64,000 bases of DNA, from the NCBI GenBank assembly GCA_964016885.1, contig OZ024743.1, positions 276,396,001 through 276,460,000 of the forward strand. Direction: 5' to 3'. The notes beneath the pieces are model-generated. The model saw only the letters and a program-made list of their open reading frames with translations, was not told where the DNA came from and did no database searches. Both the position numbers and the translations under genes were made by a program. Each line of letters begins with the position of its first letter. The first letter of the stretch is position 1. This DNA is from Eledone cirrhosa (Eukaryota). This document shows, one piece after another, positions 36,222 through 49,286 of the stretch.

Positions 36222-39200
36222 GTATTGTACAGTGTTTTGGCCACTACATCATGCCTCATAGGTAGATAATACCGCGATGACATATTTGGACAGCTGTTGA
36301 TGATATGGGTGATATCCTCGGTGTTAGTTCTGCAGAGTCTGCACTTGTTATCACATCTAGGTGTTTTGTCTGCGTCCCTATCTCTTTTGTGAATCAGGTA
36401 TTTCGTGTTAATCTCCTGTTCTTGGATTGCAAAAGCGTATCCTTCAAAGTGGGAACCAATATAGCCGTTGTTGGTCCAAGATAGACTACTTTCCTTATCT
36501 ATATTACTCTCAATCTGGAGCTTCCTGGCAACATATCCATGCATGATATTTTGCTGGTAAGCATGAAGTTTTTCATCCATGGATTCACTGCGATACTGTT
36601 GAGCGACTTCCCTGGGTGTGAGTTTTTGATTATCACACAGGGAATATCTCTCGAGGAGTTCCTTCCCAACTCTCATAATCTTATCTGTTTCATGCAGATA
36701 GACTTGCTCGAGAGACGGGCTCCTTCGCTTCAAGGTTCGTAAATGTCGGAGGGATATGATGCGACATTCAAATGCTGTCTGGACTGATGTTAGGCCTCTG
36801 CCCCCCTGCTTACGTTTCAAGTAAAGGCGGTCTATGTCACTGTTGATGTGGAAGTTTCCGGTGTTGTTTAGTATTTTTCGAGTTCCAACATCAACTGCTC
36901 GGATTTCGTTTATCGTCCAATTGAGTATTCCAAACGTTGGTGTTAGGACAGGCACAGCAAACACATTGTGAGCCACTGTTTTATTTTGCGCAGAGAGTTC
37001 CGATGACCAAATCTTTGTTAATCGGGTGTAGTATTCCTTGGTTACGCGTTCCTTATTACAGATATCATTATAGGATATGTTCTCATCTATCACCAGGTAT
37101 CTGTAGCAGTCCTCATCAGATATCGGTGAAACAGTTAGGCCATTGATGACAAGCTTCTAGATTGGGTTGTTGTTTTCCCCCGCTTTACAGTCGTGTATGA
37201 GCAATTATCTTGCCCAAACTCCATTCCTACATCCTTTGAGAACGTTGTAACCAGGTCAAGATTTTTCTTCACCCATCCATGTTCTTGGCATAGAGTTTCA
37301 GATCGTCCCCAAAGAAATTATGGGTCAGGTTCGTATTTCTGTCCTCCTGTGAACCAATGATGTATCCTTCACATTTCTTGAGTAGAAAGGACAAGGGGTT
37401 TAATGACAAGATGAATAATATCACAGAGAGACTGTCTCCCTGAAATATACCCATGCGATATTTTATTTTATCAGTGAAAATAGAGTCCTCCCTCTCTGTC
37501 TTTAACCTTAGGATAGTAGCCCAAGAAAAAGACAGCCTCTCTATGGCTCTGACAATAATGTCTGGGACTTTAGCAAGCTGGAGGGCCTCTATCATCCAAG
37601 AGTGGGGAAGAGAATTGAAAGCTTTCCTGTAGTCCAGCCAGACTTTAGCCACATTCCTCCTAAGTTGTCGCACCTCCAACATCGCAGTTTTGTTGATTAG
37701 TTGTTCAGCACATCCCCAAACCCATTTCTTTCCAGCTGCTTGTTCATCTGTGATGATGTTATTATTTTCACAGTGATCTTGGAGGAATAGGTTCAGGCAG
37801 GCTGTATACATCTTATACATCAGGCTCTGGTATGCAATGGGTCGGTAGTTTTTTGCCAAGTGGGTGTCTTTGTTCTTGGGGACCAGTAACGTTTGTGCTA
37901 ATGACAATCATTCTGGTATAAGTGTATCTCCCTTCAGAATAGAGGTCAGTAAGATACCTCCGATAGAATATCATTTTTCTGTACCAGTAACCGACAATCA
38001 TGTCTCTTCTTGGTGTTTTCTTATCTTGGAGTTTTCCTCACTTATTTCGTATGTTTTTGTTGTAGTGTAGGAGCAATAGTTCTTTGTGATTTCTCTTAGC
38101 CACACTGCATCTTGGTTGAAATTCTTCTTTTCACCCCATATTTTTCTCCAAAAGGGATCTGTCTTTCTGGGATGAGGCCTCAGTGACACTTATTATTTTG
38201 TTCTTCATATCTCTATAGACTGATGTTTGGTTTCGTCTGAATCTTTTATTTAGCACTTTTCCCTCATCTACCTTCTTCAGGTATCGGCGTGTTTCGCTAA
38301 TAGCTCTCAATTCTTGTTTGAGGGTGATCAGCTTATATTGAAGTGTTCTGGTTCTACTGTTACCAAACATCGTCTCTATTTTATTTTTCACTCTTTGTTG
38401 GTGAGAAGTGAGGTTTTTTTGTGTTTGTTTGCATGTAAGGAGCACTGTCACATATCCTATGGTTTTTCGTAGGTCAGCAATCTTTTTTTCTATTTTAGTT
38501 ATATATGATGGTATTTTTGGTGGTGTTCTGTTCTTGTTAATATCTCTGCTATCACCAAGATAATGCTTCACTGTCGTTGCTAAGGCATATAAACAGGCGT
38601 TGATTTGCCAAAATGTTGGGGTTTTTATCCGTTGTAAATATTCATCCCCTATTTCGTCAATAACACGTAATATTTCATTATTTTGTTTTTTTAGGGCGGT
38701 GGATTGGCAGTATCGGTAGAGGGTTGGGCGCCATACTTTCCAGCATAGTTACGCCCCTTTACGGTATGAGTTCAAATCCCGCCGAGGTTAACTTTGCCTT
38801 TCATCCTTACGGGGTGGATAAAATAAAGTACCAGTAATGTACTGAGTAATTGATAGCCTTGTGCCAAAAGTGGAAACAATTATTTGTTTTTTTATTAAAC
38901 ATTGTCGTTTTAATACGTTCAGCAAGAGAGATATTTATACATGAATTAATTTCTCTCTGGAAGATTTCGTTGAGGGAAAATTTCAATTGTTTATACGTTT
39001 GATTAGTATTTTCCACAATAGTCGAGGTAGACTCGGATGGTACACGTGGTCTCAAATTTCTTCGATTATTATTATTATTTCTTCGATTATTATTATTATT
39101 ATTATTATCGATAGTGTTTTCCTCAGCATTCTAGGTAGACTTAGATGGTACAGGCGGTGTCAAGTTTCTTACAGGCATAGTTATGTCAGGCGCTGTTCGA

Positions 39201-39805
39201 CCTGGCTGCTAGAAAGTCTAGTAGCATGGCGACCTGTAGCACGTGTTGTTGAACTCATGTTTGTTGTGGGGGACTTACGATTAATAATATTTATCTTATT
39301 TTTACGTTCAACAAACGTCGCTTTTTGGCGTAATTGTTTCGCTGTGAAATAATTTAGCTCTGGATGCATTTCGTCCCAGTGTAGCTTCATTCTGTTCATA
39401 TAGCCAATGGAGGGATTGTTTTTGTCATTTTATAACAATTAAATAAATCATTATTAAGTTCGCAACTCCAAGAGAAATGCGATTTATTATTTCGGTTTCT
39501 TCTGTAGCTACAACTGAATAAAGTTTGTTTATCTTTCTTATTATTTGTCTTCGGTACTTCCTTAATGTTGTTGTTGATGTTGTGTTCAGCCATGCTGTTT
39601 GTAGCAAATCCTTGTAAAATGAATTATGTATTTCGTCGGATATCTCTACGAATTCAAATAAAAGGTGTCTCCAGAAGATATAGTTAGAAGAATAACCAGT
39701 TATTCAACATGACTGTAGTTGAGGCATTACTGTCGGAGATAGTATTCATCTTAAATTTGATAAATAATCTCCCAGGCCAAAATATGCGACTGATTGCGGT
39801 GACTG
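36222..39805 (-). mobile_element. R4/Dong-like non-LTR retrotransposon copy A (5' end present, RLE end missing, SINE inserted)
   Basis: N-terminus SWSCELNNDLFNCY...MNRMKLHWDEMHP; RT KNYRPI, WLDYRKAF, GIFQGDSLS, FFGDDLKLY; RLYLKRKQGGRGL; AIQEQEINT, CRLC...HIINSC, RHD. Confidence 0.9.
38693..38879 (+). mobile_element. SINE family B inserted into R4 copy A, ~14-bp TSD
   Basis: gagttcaaatcccgccgaggttaactttgcctttcatcc; flanked by ttattt(t)gttttttt on both sides. Confidence 0.85.
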
Positions 39806-39837
<32 letters not shown>

Positions 39838-39895
39838 TGTATGTATGTATGTATGTATGTATGTATGTATGTATGTATGTATGTATGTATGTATG

Positions 39896-42700
39896 TTCTT
39901 CTGGTTTTATAATTTCACAAAGTTTTACCAATAGAGAGAGAGTCGGTTTCTAACATAGACACCAGACTCTCTCATTGGAATTTACACAACATCAACTAGG
40001 TAGATATGTATGTATGTCTGCATGCATGCATGTGTAGATATGGATGTTATTGTATGTGTGGATGTGTATGTTTTGAGTTGTATGTGTGCATGTGTATCTG
40101 TACATGTGTATATACAGTTATTAGATGCAACATTTTTGGAATGTTTTACATATTTTTACTGTTCCATTAATGGATTGTACTTGTAATTTCCTAACTAGTT
40201 GTGTTCTTTCTGTTCCTGTGAAGCCTAGCTTCTCAAGATTTGTATTGAGGCAGTTACTAACATATCCCAGTGCCCCAATAATCACAGGCATAAATCTGAA
40301 GGTGTAATCAGGGTGGAGTATCTGCAGATTTCTCATCAGTTCTGCATAAATATTCTCCTTTTCACTAATCTTTGATATTATATTGGCAACTGCTGGGCAG
40401 CTAATTTCCACTACTGTGCATGTTTTCTTCTCCCTGTCCCATATCATAATATCTGGTCTGTTATGCCTGCATTTTATTGGGGTTTTTACTGGAACATTCC
40501 ACCAGTACTCTTTCATATTATGTACATGGATGTCTTCCACATTGTTGTAGCTTTTAATGTGTTTGTTATCGGGGCTATCTTTTTTACGAAATGCATTGTA
40601 CAGTGTTTTGGCCACTACATCATGCGTCATAGGTAGATAATACCGCGATGACATATTTGGACAGCTGTTGATGACATCGATGATATCCTCGATGTTGGTT
40701 CTGCAGAGTCTGCACTTGTTATCACATCTAGGTGTTTTGTCTGCGTCCCTATCTCTTTTGTGAATCAGGTATTTCGTGTTAATCTCCTGTTCTTGGATTG
40801 CAAAAGCGTATCCTTCAAAGTGGGAACCAATATAACGGTTGTTGGTCCAAGATAGACTACTTTCCTTATCTATATTACTCTCAATCTGGAGCTTCCTGGC
40901 AACATATCCATGCATGATTTTTTGCTGATAAACATGAAGTTTTTCATCCATGGATTCACTGCGATACTGCTGAGCGACATCCCTGGGTGTGAGTTTTTGA
41001 TTATCACACAGAGAATATCTCTCAAGGAGTTCCTTTTCAACTCTCATGATCTTATCTGTTACATGCAGATAGACTTGCTCGATAAGCGGGCTCCTACGCT
41101 TCGAGGTTCGCAGATGTTGTCGGAGAGAGATGATGCAACATTCAAATGTTGTCTGGACTGATGTTAGGCCTCTGCCTCCCTGCTTACGTTTCAAATAAAG
41201 GCGGTCTATGTCACTGTTGATGTGGAAGTTTCCGGTGTTGTTTAGTATTTTTCGAGTTCCAACATCAACTGCTCGGATTTCGTTTATCGTCCAATTGAGT
41301 ATTCCAAACGTTGGTGTTAGGACAGGCACAGCAAACACATTGTGAGCCACTGTTTTGTTTTGCGCAGAGAGTTCCGATGACCAGATCTTTCTTAATCGGG
41401 TGTAGTATTCCCTGGTTACGCGTTCTTTATTACAAATACCATTATAGGATATATTCTCATCTATCCCCAGGAATCTGTAGCAGTCCTCATCAGATATCGG
41501 TGAAACAGTTAGACCATTGATGACAATGTTGCTAGATTGGGTTGTTGTTTTTCCCCGCTTTACAGTCATGTATGAGCATTTATCTTGGCCAAACTCTATT
41601 CCTATATCCTTTGAGAACGTTGTAACCAGGTCAAGATTTTTCTTCATCCCATCCATGTTCTTGGCATAGAGTTTCAGATCGTCCACAAAGAAGTTATGGG
41701 TCAGGTTCGTATTTCTGTCCTCCTGTGAGCTAATGATGTATCCCTCACATTTCTTGAGCAGAAAGGACAAGGGGTTTAATGACAAGATGAACAATATCAC
41801 AGAGAGACTGTCCTCCTGAAATATACCCCTACAATATTTTATTTTATCAGTGAAAATAGAGTCCTCCCTCTTTGTCTTTAACCTTAGGATAGTAGCCCAA
41901 GAAGAAGACAGCCTCTCTATGGCTCTGACAATAATGTCTGGGACTTTAGCAAGTTGGAGGGCCTCTATCATCCAAGAGTGCGGAACAGAATCGAAAGCTT
42001 TCTTGTAGTCCAGCCAGACTGTAGTCATATTCCTCCTAAGTTGTCGCACCTCCGACATCGCAGTTTTGTTGATTAGGAGTTGTTCAGCACATCCCCAAAC
42101 CCTTTTCTTTCCAGCTGCTTGTTCATCTGTGATGATGTTATTATTTTCACTGTGATCTTGGAGGAATAGGTTCAGGCAGGCTGTATACATCTTATACATC
42201 AGGTTCTGGCATGCAATGGTTCGGTAGTTTTTTGCCAAGTGGGTGTCTTTGTTCTTGGGGACCAGTAACGTTTGTGCTAATGACAACCATTCTGGTATAA
42301 GTGTATCTCCCTTAAGAACTTGTTGGTAGAGGTCAGTAAGATACCTCCGATAGAATATTAGTTTTTTTGTAGCAGTAGCCCACAATCATGTCTCTTCCTG
42401 GTGTTTTCTTATCTTGGAGTTTTCCTATCACAGTCTCAAGGGTACCCTCACTTATTTCGTATGTTTTTGTTGTAGTGTAGGAGCAATAGTTCTTTCGGAT
42501 TTCTCTTAGCCACACTGCATCTTGGTTGAAATTCTTTTTTTCACCCGATATTTTTCTCCAAAAGGAATCTATGTCTTTCTGGGATGGGGCCTCAGTGACA
42601 CTTATTATTTTGCCCTTCATATCTCTAGAGACTGATGTTTGGTTTCGTCTGAATCTTTTATTAAGCATTTTCTCTCATCTACCTTCTTCAGGTATTGGCG
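39896..42700 (-). mobile_element. R4/Dong-like non-LTR retrotransposon copy B (5'-truncated, intact 3' end)
   Basis: 754-aa ORF with RT (FVDDLKLY), CCHC, THD, RPDI...VVEISCP...K..Y, PVIIGALG; 3' UTR ends ataaaaccagaagaa then (CATA)n. Confidence 0.93.
40121..42385 (-). CDS. R4-clade RT + restriction-like endonuclease (uninterrupted C-terminal 754 aa of a truncated ORF)
   Basis: ORF track 40121..42385 with RT, zinc knuckle and PD-(D/E)xK motifs. Confidence 0.85.
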   Translation of the reverse strand: MWATATKKLIFYRRYLTDLYQQVLKGDTLIPEWLSLAQTLLVPKNKDTHLAKNYRTIACQNLMYKMYTACLNLFLQDHSENNNIITDEQAAGKKRVWGCAEQLLINKTAMSEVRQLRRNMTTVWLDYKKAFDSVPHSWMIEALQLAKVPDIIVRAIERLSSSWATILRLKTKREDSIFTDKIKYCRGIFQEDSLSVILFILSLNPLSFLLKKCEGYIISSQEDRNTNLTHNFFVDDLKLYAKNMDGMKKNLDLVTTFSKDIGIEFGQDKCSYMTVKRGKTTTQSSNIVINGLTVSPISDEDCYRFLGIDENISYNGICNKERVTREYYTRLRKIWSSELSAQNKTVAHNVFAVPVLTPTFGILNWTINEIRAVDVGTRKILNNTGNFHINSDIDRLYLKRKQGGRGLTSVQTTFECCIISLRQHLRTSKRRSPLIEQVYLHVTDKIMRVEKELLERYSLCDNQKLTPRDVAQQYRSESMDEKLHVYQQKIMHGYVARKLQIESNIDKESSLSWTNNRYIGSHFEGYAFAIQEQEINTKYLIHKRDRDADKTPRCDNKCRLCRTNIEDIIDVINSCPNMSSRYYLPMTHDVVAKTLYNAFRKKDSPDNKHIKSYNNVEDIHVHNMKEYWWNVPVKTPIKCRHNRPDIMIWDREKKTCTVVEISCPAVANIISKISEKENIYAELMRNLQILHPDYTFRFMPVIIGALGYVSNCLNTNLEKLGFTGTERTQLVRKLQVQSINGTVKICKTFQKCCI

Positions 42701-42827
42701 TTTGTATGTATGTATGTATGTATGTATGTATGTATGTATGTATGTATGTATGTATGTATGTATGTATGTATGTATGTATGTATGTGTGTGTATGTGTGTA
42801 TGTACGTATGCATATATGTATGAATGT

Positions 42828-43162
42828 GTGAAGGCGAGTGGCTGAGTCGTTTGAATGCTGGGTTCACAATCGAGGGATTGTGAGTTCAATTCCCGGACCG
42901 AGCGTTCCTTTGTGTCCATAAGATACTTTATTTCACATCACCTCACTTCACTTAGCTGGAAAAATTATGTTGCGCCGTGACTGGGGCCGGGTGGTATCGG
43001 CCTTTACATTCACTTGGACAACAAGTGTGGGGTGGAGAGGGAGACTGTCATGCATGGGTGACTACTGGTCTTTCACAAAAAAACATATTTTCTGTAACTG
43101 TAACTCAGTAGGTAACTTTCTAGATACAAACCCCTTCTCATTCGTGACTGATGAAAGCCTAT
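42828..43162 (+). mobile_element. SINE family A (CORE-like), near full-length
   Basis: gtgaaggcgagtggctgagtcgtt...gagttcaattcccggac, tgtgtccataagatactttatttcac. Confidence 0.8.
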
Positions 43163-43300
43163 GATGTATATATGTCTGTATTCAAATTTGTGGACCTTTC
43201 CTAAATTGAGTGTTTTAAGCTTGTTTATAATTATTCCTGTTGCTGTTTAATCGCAGACATCGTCAGTATTACGATCTTCTTCTACTTCTTCTTCTTCTTC

Positions 43301-43332
<32 letters not shown>

Positions 43333-43550
43333 CTTCTTCTTCTTCTCCCCCCCCCCCCATCCTCCCCCTCCTCATCATCATCATCCTGATCATCATCATC
43401 ACCAGCTTCTAGCAACTTCTGGGCTGTCTACAACATAGATATAATTACATATTTACAACATAGATATCTGCTCTTATCTGCTCCACCTATTTCACTTACA
43501 TCCCTCTACTTTCGAAAAATCATTTTGATTTATGATTTAAGACGATGGTG

Positions 43551-43695
<145 letters not shown>

Positions 43696-43803
43696 TGTGG
43701 GTGTATGTGTGTGTGTGAGTGTGTGCGTGCTTGTGGGTGTATATACACTATATACACATATGCACACATATATATATGTGTATATGTACACACACAAACA
43801 CAT

Positions 43804-43840
<37 letters not shown>

Positions 43841-44134
43841 CTTATATATACATTACTCTGTGTGTGTTTAATGGAGGGTATAGAATTGGAGGTGGTAGGG
43901 TAGGAAGTAGAAATACATTTCCGCTCATGTGTTACTTCTGGTTTAGCTTAATTTTCGTTGGCTAAGTGAGACGGGCACCTGTTTCGCCATTCCTGTCTTC
44001 AAAAGCATGAGAGCGGAGGAATTTTCTCTACCTCACTTTGAGACTGGCGGGAAACACATTCCGCTCCCTCCTCCTGAAACGGATGAAAGAATGCAGAAAG
44101 AAGTAGATAGATAAATAATAGTACAACAAAGTAC

Positions 44135-44292
44135 GCCTACAACAACAACAACAATAATAATAATAACAACAGCAACAACAACAACAACATCATCATCATC
44201 ATCATCATCATCAACAACAACAACAACAACAATAACAACAGCAGCAAGAACAACAACAACAGCAGCAGCAGCATCATCATCATCATCAACAA

Positions 44293-44326
<34 letters not shown>

Positions 44327-44640
44327 GACGACAACAACAACAACAACAGCAACAACAAGAACAACAACAAGAACAAGAACAACAACAAGAACAAGAACAA
44401 GAACAACAACAACAACAACAACAACATCAGCAACATTAACAACAACAACAGCAAATGCAGCAGCAACAGCAACAACAACAACAACAACAACAACAGCAAC
44501 AACAACAGCAACAACAGCAAATGCAGCAGCAACACCAACAACAATAACAACAATAACAACACTAACAATAACAGCAGCAGCAAGAACAACACCAATAACG
44601 ACAATAACAGTAGCAAGAAGAAGAAGAAGAAGAAGAAGAA

Positions 44641-44672
<32 letters not shown>

Positions 44673-45420
44673 AGAACAACAACAATAGCAACAGCAACAG
44701 CAACAACAACAACAGCAACAAAATACATTTTAGAAACTATCAAAAAGATACAAGGCCAAAGGAAACTAGCAAAGATAAGGAAGGAAAACGAAAAAAAGAA
44801 GGAGATAGAGAAAGAAAGTGTGTGAAAGAAAGAGACACAGAATGTGAGAGGGGAAAGAGTGAGAGGGGAGGAGAAGGAGGAGGAGGGGAATAAAATAAAA
44901 GGGGGAGGGATGTAGAAATATTTCTTATCTTGAGGAAGAAATAAACAAGATGTGTCCAGAGCGAATAAACAGCAACAACAACAACAGCAACAACAGCAGC
45001 AACAACAACAACAGCAACAACAGCAACAACAATAACAACAACAATAACAACGACAACAGTAACAACAATAACACGGATAATATCAATCAGCATCAACATA
45101 AAAATATCATGAATACACCGCCACCTCCCTCCTCCTGGTCCTTCTCTCCTTCTTCTTCCCCACCCCGTCACCGCCACCACCACCACCACCGCAGCCGCCG
45201 CCACCACCACCTCATCATCATCATCATCATCGTCGTCGTCGGAATCCTCATAATCATCATCATCATCATCATCAATAATATCAGCATCATCAATAACAAC
45301 AACAGCAACAACAATAACGCCATGAACAACAAAATAAAAACATCATTATCACATTATCATCACCAGCAATAACAATGCAACAACAACAACAACAACAACA
45401 ACAAGACCAGCACCAACAAC
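44135..45420. repeat. Compound trinucleotide repeats (CAA/CAG/CAT/GAA/CAC)
   Basis: Direct inspection. Confidence 0.92.
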
Positions 45421-45701
45421 TTGAAATCTTTAATAACTGGGATAAATAAATATTTGTTAGTTTTATGTTAGTGGCACGACTACAATAACTACCTTAACTG
45501 TAATTAGTTTACTGTGTAACTCTCTCCCTCTCTTTTTTAAGCGTGAAGCTAATACAACTATGTTGATGCATCTTCTTTGCTCGTTTCTTGATATATATAT
45601 ATATATATATATATATTTCTTCATTGTGTCGTTTGATTTATTATTTCTGTTGTCTTTTGCACACACACACACACACACACACAAACGCACACGCACACAC
45701 G

Positions 45702-45813
<112 letters not shown>

Positions 45814-45817
45814 ATTG

Positions 45818-46544
45818 TTTTCAGTTTGTATGGTGTTTTAACATATTGTTCAGCTCTGTTTTTTAACTATTGAGCGCTTGCCAGCATTTCTACGATTTTG
45901 CGTTTCGTTTCGCTTTTCCTACCAGCCGAAATACGATTCTCGCTGAATTATATTTGTATTAATCTCCCGAGTCTTACAATGAACCTGTTAATAATTCTAT
46001 TGACAGATTAATTGCATAAGTTTATTTTTAAAAACTACCTGGTTGAGTGCTTATTCGATTTGTGCTATCTATGCAATTTTTTGTATGATATAAACATACT
46101 GAATTCTTTTGCCAAAATATGGGGAATTTCCCCTTGTGACTTACGCATGTGCGTTTTCTAAACTCGGCGTCACTCGCAAAGTTGGTTACAGAGCAGAATT
46201 ACCTGTTGATAACGTGATATTCCTTGTTCGATCTTTATGCTGAAAGCTTATAGTTTTAAGCAGACAGTATTATTGATTTAGGTGTCATAGAAACTCTGCA
46301 TTTGGATTTTACCACCAGTTCCATTTGGGTCCAGGTTTTTATCATTCATTTATTTTGTTTGACGTGTTTAGCTTGATTTTTTTTTGGCTTAGGTGGTTAA
46401 TGCCTTCTTAACCACTTTTTCAGTTTGTATGGCGTTTTAACATATTGTTTAGATCTGGTTTTTTAACTATTGAGCGCTTGCCAGCATTTCTACGATTTGC
46501 GTTTCGTTTCGCTTTATCTACCAGCCGAAATACGATTCTCGCTG

Positions 46545-46642
<98 letters not shown>

Positions 46643-46699
46643 GACGTTGATTTTCGTTAATTCCTGAGCTGAAATACGATTCTCGCTAATTTATATTTG

Positions 46700-46700
<1 letters not shown>
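45818..46700 (+). repeat. ~135-bp direct repeat (45818-45955, 46417-46550; partial third copy 46667-46700)
   Basis: ttttcagtttgtatgg.gttttaacatattgtt...ccagccgaaatacgattctcgctgaattatat duplicated. Confidence 0.85.
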
Positions 46701-46730
<30 letters not shown>

Positions 46731-47565
46731 GTTTGTTTTGTAAGGTTTTTGATATGAAATCGTGTGTCGAAACAAGTATTGTTATACTATATTGTTGTAA
46801 TTATATTGCCAGAGATAATAAGAGAACACACTCACTGTTTGGTTGGTTTTCGCTTCTGTATCTTTTATATATCCATAGTTAATTTATTTGGTAATCAACG
46901 TTTATCATTGATTGACCAACGGTTAAAAATACAGATATAAATATATATATATATAGTCTATCAAAGTTCTTTCGTTGCACATCTTCAACATCATCAGTGG
47001 TACTATTGTTTCCTCCTGTTGTATTGTATGTCGACACCATTTTAATTAAATTAATTTATTTATTTCCTCTTGCCTCCGCATCTGCGCATGCGTTTGCGTG
47101 TGTGTATAATGTTTGGTGTGTGTGTTCGCATTTCAGTGTATGTGTTTTTGTTTTTGTATTGTATCTTTTTTTATTTGTTTACTAGTGTGTGTTTATATGT
47201 GTTTGTTGTTATTGTACCTGTGTATATATATATATATTTATTTATTTATATATATTTCCCTTAAGTCAATATTGTTTGTTTGGGTATGGTTGTTGTTATT
47301 CCATTCATTTTTTCTGTTTAACTTTGGTCTTCTTAGCTCTATATCAGTAGCTTCTCTGATTTGTCTACTTGTTGAGTCATTTCTATGTTTAGATATTATT
47401 TTAATTTCTATGTTGTCTATATTATCGTCATGTCTTTGTCTGGCGTATTCGTATAAACACAGACAGTAAACAAAGATAGAATACAAAAACACATGTATAA
47501 TTGTGAGTGTAGTTCATTGGCTCACAGTGATTAGCAGTTTCATCCTAGGCGGGAAATATTGTATG

Positions 47566-47628
<63 letters not shown>

Positions 47629-47644
47629 TACTTATATATATATA

Positions 47645-47961
47645 TTAGGATTGGTGCTCTGAAATAGCGATGTGTACATCAATGTATGTATAGTATATTT
47701 GACAATATACCGTATGTTTAATTAAAAACATTTTGAAGACCTTTCGCTATGAGTTTTAAAGTAGTGACTATGTCACGTCTTCTTTTTTCGGCAAAAGAAG
47801 GAAGAGAAGCTGACAGATTCTGTTTCACGCTATTGGCGATCCTCAGAGAATTGTACTCCCCGCCTTTGCCGAAAATGTTTTTAATTAAACATACGGTATA
47901 TTGCCAAATATACTATACATACATTGATGTACACATCGCTATTTCAGGGCACCAATCCTAA
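47645..47961. repeat. 90-bp inverted repeat with an HHR in the spacer
   Basis: 47645-47734 is the reverse complement of 47872-47961 (2 mismatches). Confidence 0.9.
47809..47849 (-). ncRNA. Hammerhead ribozyme core
   Basis: Minus: ucu-CUGAGGA-u cgc caaua gcg u-GAAA-cag aau cug-UC|ag; intact core and stem III, stem I only 2 bp. Confidence 0.7.
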
Positions 47962-48249
47962 TTTTAAATTTTTGCTGGACCGGCAGTCGCTCTGTTTAAT
48001 CAGTTCCTGATTATTACTGGAATTCTATAAGAATCTAGCCTCTATAGTTTTCGGCATGTACATACATATGCATGCACGAATATATATTCATAAATATACA
48101 TAAATATGTACATATGCATAAATATATATACATAAATATACATACACATACATACAGACACACATATACATACATATATGATGGCTGCCTCCTCGTTATC
48201 GAGTTTGGCCATTGCACGATATACCATTATTAATAATTATTAATTAATT

Positions 48250-48520
48250 CTATCGTGCAATGCTTGTGCGTGAAGATATTTTTTAAAGCGAGGAAAGACT
48301 GTGCACTGAGCCAATCCCACTCTCTGAGCGACAGTTGCTATAACCCGAAAAGAAGAAAAGATCAACATCATCGGTAACTACTCAGCCGCAGGTTTTATAT
48401 CGGAATTATCCCAGTTTCCTGAGTTGCCTTCTACTAGAAGAAGGCCCTGACAGAGGCTAGGGGTCCTTCACTCCCAGTGGTTTAACCGCGCGATCGGGTG
48501 TCCAGCCCGACTATTACTAC
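48250..48520 (-). mobile_element. Interspersed repeat, probable LINE (RTE-like) 5' UTR; homologous to 54336-54540 (+)
   Basis: Shared gacccc.tagcct.tgtca.ggc, aactc/ttccgatataa.acct, gatgttga..t.ttcttctttt, agagagtggga.tggct..gtgca.ag.ctt, cttcac..cac..gcattgc. Confidence 0.55.
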
Positions 48521-49205
48521 GTCCCCGCGCATATACATACACATACACCCATGTATATACACATACACATATGCATAGATATGTACATGTGTATATACAT
48601 ATATACACACTTTTGGATGACCGTTGACTGTTATGAGACATACACACACACACATACACACACACATACACACACACATACATACACACATACATACACA
48701 CTTACATACATACATACATACATACATAACATATAAGGGGATGGGAGAGAAAATGATTGTTCTTTTTTATTTCTCTACAAAAATCTCTCCTAAATGTTTA
48801 AAATTATTCCGAACCTATTGCCATGCCTTTGAATTTGAGCCAACATCACATAGACACACACGTACGCATAGACAGAGACATACACACATTCATACACACA
48901 TACACGCATTCACACACATTCACATACACACACACACACATACACACATATACACACACATTCACATGTTTATATGTAATAGGTACGCGTTTGTATTTGT
49001 TTTTATGTGTATCTATCTATGTATCTATATGTATATATATGTATGTATGTATTAATATGTATGTGTGTGTATGTATATATCAGTATTCAACTCTATATTT
49101 ATGTATATGCATATGTGTATCATTCTCTCTCGCCCTCCCCCTCTCTCTATATATGTGTGTGAGTGTGTGTGAGAGTCTCTCTCTCTCTCTGTCTCTATAT
49201 ATACA

Positions 49206-49277
<72 letters not shown>

Positions 49278-49286
49278 CATATCTCT

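Noticed and set aside
39600-39805. HDV-like ribozyme expected in the R4 5' UTR
   Set aside because: No nested double-pseudoknot pairing could be identified by eye
44033-45372. Poly-V/L/N/H ORFs
   Set aside because: Trinucleotide repeat translations
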